Source: Trypanosoma brucei (Eukaryota). From it: a DNA stretch of 64,000 bases. Positions 56,501 to 64,000 of the stretch are shown here, piece by piece. Position numbers and translations under genes: made by a program. The notes beneath the pieces were generated by a model, which was given only the letters and a program-made list of their open reading frames with translations, was not told the origin of the DNA and ran no database searches. The stretch is taken from the NCBI GenBank assembly GCA_000002445.1, contig CH464491.1, positions 96,001-160,000 of the forward strand, given 5' to 3'. Numbering within the stretch: position 1 is the stretch's first letter; each line of letters opens with the position of its first letter.

Positions 56501-57467
56501 CCAAAGGTGTCCTTTCATCAGATATATCTCCAGGAACGTTGCGGATCATCTCCGCCGTCACGTGCGGCAGAAGATGTTTTCTGTGCGAAAAATTTATATA
56601 CCACTCCGAAGCCATTCTCAGCGGTGTGGTGAGAGAAGAGGTAAGAACATCCGCCGGGAGTTGTGGGTTCAAAGGAAGAAAGGCCCCCGCGCTGCAGGCG
56701 CATATAAACATATCGTCCGGCCGGGTTTCATGCAAGCGTTCCTCACACCAGAACTTCAAAAGCGACCCAGCAGAATTACAGTCAAAAACGTACAACGTTG
56801 GAGAAGAGAGATGCTCCGCCATTTCAGCCAAACTAAGCGGAACATAACTTGTCCTCTTTTTATCAAACATCCATATCTCACCGTACCCTGTCGCACGGGG
56901 CATACCATGACCATTATAATGGAAAACTACAAGCTCCTCTCTCGCATCCAATCGGATATTGGCCATCCGCTTTTTGGCATCTTCCAGCTCCACTTCCACA
57001 GCCATACTGCTCACCGCACCCTGCAACTGTGAGTGATATTGTCTCTGTAACAAAGCGGCAATACGCTCGCTCCCGCCGCCGGTAACGATATGCGGCATCC
57101 GTGCAATATATGGCTCCTCCCAACATTCAAGACGTGCACACGGATCGATTCTGGAAAAGTCAGGAGGGTCGTTCCCGTTGTTCAAACACAAAATTAAAAG
57201 AAGTCGCGGGCATCGTCTACCCCTCCCCCCGCGGTACCACTCCCTGTGTCCATCGATATCCTGAATGTCTTCTGACGATCGGCCCATATCAAAACCAGTG
57301 GACAGTGACGGTAAATGGTGAGGAGCAAACGCAGCCAACAATTCATTTACAAGAGCGCTCGTTGAGGAAGTCACACTCACACGCCGCCGGTTCCTCATAA
57401 TGCTCTGTATTGGTAAACGGGAAAAAACTACACGACACGGTGTTATAATACGTGTTCCACGCTTCAT
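53508..57467 (-). CDS. RAPTOR: Raptor (regulatory-associated protein of TOR, TORC1 subunit)
   Basis: 1319 aa. Raptor N-terminal caspase-like (RNC) domain 'LCLNNGNDPPD...PCARLECW...LVVFHYNGHGMPRATGYGEIWMFDKKRTSYVPLSLAEMAEHLSSPTLYVFDCNSAG' is near-colinear with human RAPTOR. HEAT-like middle region and C-terminal WD40-like repeats. Confidence 0.85.
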   Translation of the reverse strand: MKRGTRIITPCRVVFSRLPIQSIMRNRRRVSVTSSTSALVNELLAAFAPHHLPSLSTGFDMGRSSEDIQDIDGHREWYRGGRGRRCPRLLLILCLNNGNDPPDFSRIDPCARLECWEEPYIARMPHIVTGGGSERIAALLQRQYHSQLQGAVSSMAVEVELEDAKKRMANIRLDAREELVVFHYNGHGMPRATGYGEIWMFDKKRTSYVPLSLAEMAEHLSSPTLYVFDCNSAGSLLKFWCEERLHETRPDDMFICACSAGAFLPLNPQLPADVLTSSLTTPLRMASEWYINFSHRKHLLPHVTAEMIRNVPGDISDERTPLGELQLILTAVTDIVAWCIVPSPLYCKLFRRDETTMVLFRNFLLADRLLREVGCVPQTHPPIPEEAHLHHAWDLWDYTLENVICQLPDLLTRDLVLNPNYTYKPSTFFEDQLMSFEVWLKSGDMREQPEELPSVLSALKRPQCCVAALTLLVTYLDSDVIAGKWAILCGILTHITSLLRNQELFLMASVLWMQVLRVDESLGTSELIKRRLGNRFIKVLTLTEKDLCVQTVERGQVAPLRALNNVNRRVGRGDTQASGNNSACPAQISCYLMEGVDLGRCKEIACYLFCQLLRHGGTTACVECWNGGLLNAAASLLESPSAEVRSWSCLVLAQLLFSLQFAKDFVSRKCTTHVGLFTHLLQDKSPIVRGSCVTLLSSLIGFRVSEAPGEHAVRRLQVEKTLLIKLRGMVYDASVIVRQELVLFACTVLFHYGPFLPSLQDTTAKTRYVVYMQEVGQCFPSWFLDEPDVQVKSMLNTSRPTANRCFNSKSVFENAPCAPADLTEPPWTPLAMDDIRSEDLPVLRGMVHDAALMLFSLYQACDKVMVTAALEKLGDNKRPESQRFTNESLRSMSSVVSANSTHFMSEAERARVTRNADNMQRIVLDLHDQKTEPPSMCTTAANRTRSLAVDGHSATYNANHSSGIPGAGDEKVNLDLVYAPHQILQSLLPCDQVICSTLRVLETAMVIATRNQYIYHVSYESYSVQETVHSFQVHLASPLHDILVINDASEQAGLLLVNQRGGYSLIRDCWEKTQGSPVEVAVFSACPPQRTVDIKSAYRSHNANLIYGGPIGYGGGTEIHILSLDEEQVIQQLKVSGDPTITSLSAHTTGRAVFAGCSDGLVRYYDDRQKQGFLGAVGSLRCGTTSYSPMEAVLGAGPVERDVAQLTIAMASRSAVYLYDTRKVNAPYLEVRVNELCDAVVPSSAAKPPPIRAFDAGTHTGMLGVLFADGTYTALNARGRPILRRAIQTRVQGPIFPGSLAVHPLRRVMSVGGEILVVH

Positions 57468-58045
57468 TCAATTTCAATTTTATTATATTTTATTTGCATT
57501 TTCCGGGGAAAGAAGAAAAGGAGGAAAACGATAGAAACGCCTTGGTTCATTTTGCTCTATGGTACACCAAGTAACACCCACATTCTCTGAACCGTCCAAG
57601 CCTCGTGGAAGATGCGAAGAAGGTCCCATTATTAGAATAGTGTACGTACCACAGTTTTCAACTCCGTGCATGCATAGATGTACGGGTGTGTGCACCTGAG
57701 CAAAGATACACTTGTTTTTTTTCTTTTTAAATACGCCACATGCGCATCAAAACATACACGCCGGCACAACCCCAGGTATTGTCAGTGACAACATAGTTAC
57801 CTACTATCATTTCTTCTTAATTCGCTTCGTTACCTCTTCTCTAACATCACCCATTTACTCGTCTTAATATCGCAACTAGAGGAGTGGTGAAGAAGAGGGG
57901 TCATTAAAAGAAAAAAAAGCACCAATCCTCCACTTTCCGTTCATTCTTCCGTGTATCTCTTCCTTTTGTTCCTTTTTTTTTCGTGCATTCCGTCTCGTTG
58001 AAAATACTCAGTACAGATATTCGCATGCCTCTCTGAGTTGCCTCC

Positions 58046-61000
58046 TTACAAGGATGTTTCACTGGTCTTCAGCACAACTCGAATGCCGACGCTTGTAAGC
58101 TCCGTTGCCCAGAGACGAAGCACCTGCGGGATCTCAACGAAAGCTATTGTGTCATCTGTCTCGTGCAGACCTGCACTGCAGAATTTGCACGTTTTCCACG
58201 TTGAATATTCTGTTGCGTGTCGTTCGTAAATGGACAGCATAGAGCCGCACTCAACACAAATAAAAGCCTTCGTTTTATCGGACACATGAAGCAGCCTGTC
58301 GATAACGACCTCAGCCACACCGTGGGAAAGCAACGCGTCACGCTCCATCTCACCGACGCGGACGCCACCGTGGCGCTTACGTCCCTTCACTGGTTGCCCT
58401 GTTTTCGTCACTGCTCGATGAGTGTGGGAATCTGTCCTGGCCCGCGCCTGCCACTTGTCACTTACCATGTGCCGCAAGCGCTGGTATCCCGAGATGCCTA
58501 CCAATACTTCAGCTTCGATTTCCTCCCCAGTTATGCCATCTATAAGTTTCTCACGGCCATATCGGTTGTAACCGAGTGCCTCAAGGGCGTCGCCAATCGT
58601 TTTAGCGGATCGGGGCTGCTCATCAATAACACTCCATGCACTATGATCGCACAACCGACCTTGGATACAGCCCAGCTTCGCACCCATCATCTCCAGCACC
58701 ATGCCTACTGTCATGCGGGAGGGGAAAGCATGAGGGTTGATAATAATGTCAGGCGTAATACCATCACGTGTGCTGAACGGTAAATCGTGAGAGCGTATGT
58801 CAAGGGGAAGTGTCCCCTTCTGTCCATGGCGCGAGGAAAATTTGTCACCGATAACAGGCGGGCGCGGGATACGGAACAAAACCAGCACACTGGTGGGGTC
58901 CGGTCCGTCATATGTTAGTGGAATGACGCTGTGGACCCATGCATCCTCACCTTTGTCAAAGTGCCTCCACTTCGTTATTTGGTGACGTGTGTATTCATAA
59001 GTCTTCTCATTGGTTAATGGGTCGATGTACTCAAAGCGCTTGGCACAACAATACACTGCACTGCTATCCCTCAACGACGGATATTTGTGATCGGTATCAA
59101 ACGAGAAATACGCCGTTGCATTGGGCACTGCACGCTTTTTCGGAAGGCCGTGACGATCCAACTCCGGTGTGAAGGGCTGCCCATCTGGAAGACAGTTGTG
59201 AAACACGAAGACATCGTTGCTGTCTCCTTTCCCACTGGCTTTTACGATCTTTGCAACGGTAACACCAGCATTAAGCATACCAAATTGTTTCGCTGTGCTG
59301 TTTAGTATCATGGCATCGTCCAAATCATAGCCTGTGTAGGCAAGGATGGCAACCACCGCATTAACTCCCAAGCTTACGTCATCTAGGCCAAAGTAATCCA
59401 TCGGGAGTGTACGACTAATATAACGTTGGGGATAGTACATGCGGAAGAGCTTCGCATCCCGTCGCCATGCCTGAGTTTGGAGTTGTGTACCAGCCGTCTG
59501 TTTTGACAATCCACACTGAAAAAGGTTACGGGGAGAACAGTTATGTTCAAAGAATGGAATCGTCGAGGAAGTGAAGCTCAATATGTTGAACCCGTTTTGT
59601 TCCATAAACTCGTACTTGCGTCTCAGTTGGTCAAAACCATCAAAAAGGTCGGAGGGGACGGCAGCAATGTCCCTCCACGACTGCTCCCAAGTACCTAGGT
59701 AAACGACAGGAAATGGAAGGTCGCCGCCGCGAGACGGCGACTCAATTTGCAGCACCGGGCGCATGAGTCTTCCGTACTGGTAAAATATGTACAACCCCAT
59801 TGGATCCTTGCTCCCAGGCGGTATGTAGACAACCTCCATAGTGTTTAGAGAACTTATACTGTCGCGCCTCACGATACCTGTGACACCCACAACTCCCCGG
59901 CTTCGTAATGCCTTCTTCTGTGTGAGAGCTTTGGAGGCACTCAGAGCCTCGTTAGGTGAGAGGTAACCCAGCAGCCTTCCTTCCAACCACACAGGAACGG
60001 TACCGACCAGCTGATCCACACAGGAAATCAGTGATGTGGTATTCCTAACATTCTTTAGCTCTTCCTCAATGAAAGCCAGGAGAATTTTGTACTGGCTTGA
60101 CCCAACTCGAGGAGAGGCAGAAAGAACCGTGCTTATACTCAGGTGATTTAAGACACCGCAATCCTCGCCATCGGGGCTATGAACCATGCATATAAACCCG
60201 TAAGCCTCGCATGGGTACCTGCGCACATCACTCGAACGCATTTCTGCGATCGATTTACCACGATGTACGCACATGAGCTGCTCAAAGGAGCGATAGAAGT
60301 TTAAGTGTTCCGTCATAACTGCCCAGCCAGCGGTTTGGGGAGAATAAAAATCTTCTTCACGGTCAAGGGCAAAGTTTCCCGTAAGAAGCAACCGATTGAG
60401 TGTAATAAGTGGATCAGGTCCATTGTTACGACAGCTGTATTCCAGTAACTGATTCAGCTTCTCAAGGGTATTGGCGGCTTCTCGTATTGGAGTTTCTGCC
60501 AAGCACATAGTGGCTTGAAATATCTCAGGGGAAAGTTGACCTGCCATACGAAAGGTCACTGCCCCCATGGTTTTCATCAATGACACCTCGAAAGCACCTA
60601 TTAGCACTTGCGAAACCGTGAACACCTCCTGATAAGCGAGCACGTCGTTCCCCTGGTTACCCGTTGCACCGTCATTAAAAACCAACAGCTGACGCAAGAT
60701 ACCAATTAATGCATCGAACTTCGCAGCTAGCTCCTCCTGGAGTCCAGTGGAAAGCCACTCCCTGATCTCTCGTGAGGTGGCTGTAGGCGGCAAATCCGGC
60801 GTAGCCTCAGCAGTATTCAAGTGCGGCAACATATGTCGTCGCAGCATGAACAAACCATACCAGGCGTCGTGCTGAGTGGCAAAAGAAGTGTGATACTGCG
60901 GGAGAAACCGAAAGATAAAGGATGACTCGTGGTACCGTCTGTACATCAGACCCACGACCGCTAAATAATCCAGGAAATTGTCGAGAGTACTGTACGGCAT

Positions 61001-62860
61001 CTGGCTATGGTGCTGCAAAAGTGCCTCCACACGCGCAGCATGAGGGCTTCTACCGTTGGTGAGGCCAATGGTAAGAAGCTTGTATATATCCAGCGAAGTC
61101 CGATGCCGGGTGTTCAGGGCAGATAATACCAATAGGGCCGGGATATTCCACACGACCCTCCGTGCGAAGGTAAAGATCACCTCACCCTTGGTTGCATAGT
61201 AGAAGTAGTTTTGGACGGTTAAACCACTCGGACGCTTGCAACGGATAATTACCGCCCTCGGAGAAAAGAAAGAATCCACGGTCGCAAACCGCTCACGCTC
61301 GATATTAAGAGGAACATTGCAGCGCTGTAGAATGAGGTTCCGTAGAATACGCTCACCACCGCGCAAAACGAAATAACCGCCTACCTCCTTTTGCTCCTCT
61401 AAGGCACGAAAGTGATCAAGTCGCTGGTTCACACCGCGGAGGGCGCAGCGAGCACCCAATACCATCTCCGGTAACTCTCCCAGGGATAACCACAACTCGT
61501 ACTTACTGGGTGCAAGGGTGGCAAAACGCTCTTGATCAGAAGGGGCAATCCCTTGTTGGCGCATGAGAATCAAGAATTCTGGCATAAGATTATATATCAA
61601 CTGCGTCTTCGTTCGAGAGACTGATCCATCTCCCTTGGCAACGAACTTAAAACCCACCCGCACATGGCAAGGTTGGGAATATGTCTCACTCCGAATGCGA
61701 CAGTATTGCGGAGACGCAAAAGGAAGGCACGCATAAACTGTTCGATCATGTATTGCTTGCGCCTCCTCAATCACCGTCGACTCCTTCACTCGCTTTGCAT
61801 CAATAATTGACTGCAAACCTTGAACCCCAGTACCGGCGCGTGAGAATATATCCCCTTCGTCGTGATCCCACTTATCCCTTATTCTTTCCAATTCCTCCTT
61901 AGCTTCTCTTAAACGGCCACGAATAACCTCGAATTCGAGAGACTGCATCCTGTGATGTTCGTTATTGCTACTGTCTTCCTCCGCCCCAAGGGTTAGATCG
62001 GCTTTGTCAACACGAGACTTGAGCCTGGCCAAGTTGTGAAGGGCATGCTGAATCACCAACCTAGCAGAACGCCCAGGTCGAACTCCGATGGCGACATCGA
62101 CAATGAACACTGACAGAAGTCCAATCGCATTGGCAGGTTGTTGAGAATCATTTATTACTGAAGAGAAAAGGAAACCCTCGTTTTTCAATTCTTGTAAAAA
62201 CTCTGGCACGCGCTGCTCTGCAAAGGCATCAAATTCGGCCACATGAGGAGAAACCAGGTCAGCAAGTAGTTTCAAAGATCCAGCGCTCTCCATATCTGAT
62301 GGCGCACCAGATAGCAACCCTACTAAGTTCTCCAACTCGCGATGTGTATCTTGGAGCTGGTGATACGCAAGACCCTCGTACACAGCTTCGCTTCGGTCCA
62401 TCGCTTGTTCACATTCGGAAATAATGGTCGATGCCTCTCCCAGAAGAGCATTCGCGTGCCCTCTGATATAATCAAGGTGCTTTGGTGCACCGACTTTGGA
62501 TTTTGCGACTACACGGGGGTTGTACTCAAGCTTCAGTACTCGCTTGCGTAGTCCCTCGAAGAAACTCAGCAGCCGGTCACCACCGGTTGTGTCGAGCTTC
62601 GACGTGTGACGATGGCGCTCACCAAGATAGCGCAGCCGCGCTATGGAGCAGCGCACAAGTTTGAGCCTCTCCATTGCGGTCATTGGTTCCGAAGGATTCT
62701 TCACGTAATCGTACTGCTGCCGTCTCTGCCTAGAATGCCGAGAGGATGTCCCACTGCGGGTTGATGTTACTGTCTCACCCGCGGTTGACGCATGCGACCC
62801 GGAAGCCGAACCTACAACGGAATTCTTTGTTGACATGTTTGCACGCTTCACGCCTTCCAC
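58046..62860 (-). CDS. RPA2: DNA-directed RNA polymerase second-largest subunit with about 250-aa N-terminal extension; most consistent with Pol I RPA2/RPA135
   Basis: 1604 aa. Universal signature 'GDKFSSRHGQKGT'. C-terminal Zn ribbon 'CVECGS...CKFCSAG'. The size and the Ser/Thr/Arg-rich N-terminal extension fit the trypanosomatid Pol I second subunit rather than RPB2 or RPC2 (about 1150-1200 aa). Confidence 0.65.
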   Translation of the reverse strand: MEGVKRANMSTKNSVVGSASGSHASTAGETVTSTRSGTSSRHSRQRRQQYDYVKNPSEPMTAMERLKLVRCSIARLRYLGERHRHTSKLDTTGGDRLLSFFEGLRKRVLKLEYNPRVVAKSKVGAPKHLDYIRGHANALLGEASTIISECEQAMDRSEAVYEGLAYHQLQDTHRELENLVGLLSGAPSDMESAGSLKLLADLVSPHVAEFDAFAEQRVPEFLQELKNEGFLFSSVINDSQQPANAIGLLSVFIVDVAIGVRPGRSARLVIQHALHNLARLKSRVDKADLTLGAEEDSSNNEHHRMQSLEFEVIRGRLREAKEELERIRDKWDHDEGDIFSRAGTGVQGLQSIIDAKRVKESTVIEEAQAIHDRTVYACLPFASPQYCRIRSETYSQPCHVRVGFKFVAKGDGSVSRTKTQLIYNLMPEFLILMRQQGIAPSDQERFATLAPSKYELWLSLGELPEMVLGARCALRGVNQRLDHFRALEEQKEVGGYFVLRGGERILRNLILQRCNVPLNIERERFATVDSFFSPRAVIIRCKRPSGLTVQNYFYYATKGEVIFTFARRVVWNIPALLVLSALNTRHRTSLDIYKLLTIGLTNGRSPHAARVEALLQHHSQMPYSTLDNFLDYLAVVGLMYRRYHESSFIFRFLPQYHTSFATQHDAWYGLFMLRRHMLPHLNTAEATPDLPPTATSREIREWLSTGLQEELAAKFDALIGILRQLLVFNDGATGNQGNDVLAYQEVFTVSQVLIGAFEVSLMKTMGAVTFRMAGQLSPEIFQATMCLAETPIREAANTLEKLNQLLEYSCRNNGPDPLITLNRLLLTGNFALDREEDFYSPQTAGWAVMTEHLNFYRSFEQLMCVHRGKSIAEMRSSDVRRYPCEAYGFICMVHSPDGEDCGVLNHLSISTVLSASPRVGSSQYKILLAFIEEELKNVRNTTSLISCVDQLVGTVPVWLEGRLLGYLSPNEALSASKALTQKKALRSRGVVGVTGIVRRDSISSLNTMEVVYIPPGSKDPMGLYIFYQYGRLMRPVLQIESPSRGGDLPFPVVYLGTWEQSWRDIAAVPSDLFDGFDQLRRKYEFMEQNGFNILSFTSSTIPFFEHNCSPRNLFQCGLSKQTAGTQLQTQAWRRDAKLFRMYYPQRYISRTLPMDYFGLDDVSLGVNAVVAILAYTGYDLDDAMILNSTAKQFGMLNAGVTVAKIVKASGKGDSNDVFVFHNCLPDGQPFTPELDRHGLPKKRAVPNATAYFSFDTDHKYPSLRDSSAVYCCAKRFEYIDPLTNEKTYEYTRHQITKWRHFDKGEDAWVHSVIPLTYDGPDPTSVLVLFRIPRPPVIGDKFSSRHGQKGTLPLDIRSHDLPFSTRDGITPDIIINPHAFPSRMTVGMVLEMMGAKLGCIQGRLCDHSAWSVIDEQPRSAKTIGDALEALGYNRYGREKLIDGITGEEIEAEVLVGISGYQRLRHMVSDKWQARARTDSHTHRAVTKTGQPVKGRKRHGGVRVGEMERDALLSHGVAEVVIDRLLHVSDKTKAFICVECGSMLSIYERHATEYSTWKTCKFCSAGLHETDDTIAFVEIPQVLRLWATELTSVGIRVVLKTSETSL

Positions 62861-63222
62861 AACTTATTCTGTTAGCATTACGAGGATGAAGAAGAGGGAG
62901 AAAGTGCATAGCATGTGCAGAACCACCCGGCAGGGCCACAACGACCGCTTCAACCGGAAATAGCATGAATGTGAAAAACGACAATAGAGGGGGGAAACAG
63001 CAAGACCTGTGCTGCAAGCAGCGCGGCAGATTCTCCCCTCTCTTTGAATCAGCGCGCCCGCACCCCAAAACGAGCAGTAAGGAAATATACCAACAAATAA
63101 GATGAAGACATGTGAATGTGCGTCGCAACAACCTCACAACTGGGTAACTGTTTACGGAAAACGAACTTCAAATTATCCTGACGAAGTAAAGACCCAGCCA
63201 CCCAGGCAACCTCCTGAGGCCA

Positions 63223-63993
63223 CTAAATACCATAGTTGAACAGGTGGAGGGCAGCGATGGTACAAATGGCAGTGAATATAGAGTTTATTGCAGCCCAATT
63301 GTATCGAATAAAAACACCAAACACGTAAAATATTCGAGGCACGTCGATAAAACAAAGCTTTTGAAGTCGACCGCCCTCTGCATCGCGCATAAACTGCTCT
63401 AATTTTAGGTGCGTTTCCACTTCCTCTTTGGAGCGAATCATACGAAAAATGGGTGCATAAGTAACAAATGTACGACGAATCCCCTTCGCTTTCATCTCCG
63501 ACACTACATCGAGAGCCTTCTCGAACTCATCATGCAAGCAGTAGGCCCGCACCATTTGGTTGGTTAGCTCTCGCTGCACTACTTTAGGTTGGGCGACAGA
63601 GCAGTCCATCAGCTCATCGTACAGCTCCTCCGCCATATGCAGAGACATCCTCCCTCGTTCGACATCATATGCTAGCAAGCTGAAAAGAGGAACGAGGTGA
63701 TGGGCGCCAAGCGTCGACAAAATGTGTTGATTTTTGCGGATACCATCCTCGTGGAACCAAAGCATGTGAAGCGACGGGCGAACTGGTGCATGTAATAAAT
63801 GTTTTTCAAGGAAATCTTCGGCGTTACGAATACCAAGGGCCAGCTGAGACAGCGTCATTTCTACTTGGCGCTCCACACGTTGAAGCGCTATGGCATTTTC
63901 GATCTGTACAATTTGGTCTAAGCGGTTGTACAATACGGGCGGCAGAGTGACGTTGGTCCCGATCGCTCTCAGTGGCCGCTGAGGGCGCATCAT
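63223..63993 (-). CDS. PPR-like helical-repeat protein with C-terminal hydrophobic segment (probably mitochondrial)
   Basis: 256 aa. ATG at 63991-63993, only 7 nt from the window end, so upstream context is unseen. 'LYDELMDCSVAQPKVVQRELTNQMVRAYCLHDEFEKALDVVSEMKAKGIRRTFVTYAPIFRMI' resembles pentatricopeptide repeats. Confidence 0.35.
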   Translation of the reverse strand: MMRPQRPLRAIGTNVTLPPVLYNRLDQIVQIENAIALQRVERQVEMTLSQLALGIRNAEDFLEKHLLHAPVRPSLHMLWFHEDGIRKNQHILSTLGAHHLVPLFSLLAYDVERGRMSLHMAEELYDELMDCSVAQPKVVQRELTNQMVRAYCLHDEFEKALDVVSEMKAKGIRRTFVTYAPIFRMIRSKEEVETHLKLEQFMRDAEGGRLQKLCFIDVPRIFYVFGVFIRYNWAAINSIFTAICTIAALHLFNYGI

Positions 63994-64000
63994 CTTGTAA

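Noticed and set aside
57468-58045. Possible retroelement or ncRNA in the Raptor-RPA2 spacer
   Set aside because: A 580-bp spacer of ordinary composition with a short T-rich tract. There is no repeat structure or ORF, which is consistent with a normal intergenic processing region.
1-64000. Searched for CRISPR arrays, tRNA/rRNA genes, transposon ends, phage/defence-island signatures and spliced-leader or snoRNA tandem arrays
   Set aside because: None were found by eye. There are no regularly spaced direct repeats with unique spacers, no cloverleaf-capable 70-90-nt GC-rich islands in the AT-rich spacers, and no inverted terminal repeats. The sequence is eukaryotic nuclear DNA, so prokaryotic system types are not applicable.

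Overview
This is eukaryotic nuclear DNA, not a prokaryotic locus. It has the hallmarks of a kinetoplastid, most likely a Trypanosoma brucei-group polycistronic transcription unit. Every credible gene (23 of them) lies on the minus strand. There are no introns, and genes are separated by polypyrimidine or polypurine tracts and (TA)n/(CA)n microsatellites. There is no strand-switch region, tRNA, rRNA, CRISPR array or bacterial-style mobile element.

Genes, from low to high coordinate:
- a CSN7-like PCI protein
- DENR (density-regulated protein)
- an 821-aa coiled-coil protein
- UTP13/TBL3
- a TFIIB-related BRF1-like factor
- an Era-like GTPase
- a small SEC-C-motif membrane protein
- the RRM RNA-binding paralogs UBP1 and UBP2
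- a hypothetical protein
- RBP3
- a mitochondrial-type ABCB half-transporter
- SCD6/LSm14
- a hypothetical protein
- a J-like-domain protein lacking the HPD motif
- a Siw14/PFA-DSP-like phosphatase
- three hypothetical proteins
- Raptor (the TORC1 subunit)
- the second-largest RNA polymerase subunit, with a long N-terminal extension (most consistent with Pol I RPA2)
- a PPR-like protein

The gene order matches my recollection of the start of T. brucei chromosome 11, but I cannot verify that here.

The most notable structure is the UBP1/UBP2 tandem pair. The two genes share a 366-bp block that is about 99.5% identical and covers the whole RRM, while the flanks have diverged, which suggests gene conversion. 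These genes sit in a gene-poor stretch of about 24 kb (14–38 kb). That stretch is dominated by kb-scale alternating homopurine/homopyrimidine blocks and microsatellites, presumably very long UTRs of the RBP genes.

I see no evidence for a novel prokaryotic-type system. The interest here lies in paralog homogenisation, repeat architecture and a few atypical small proteins.
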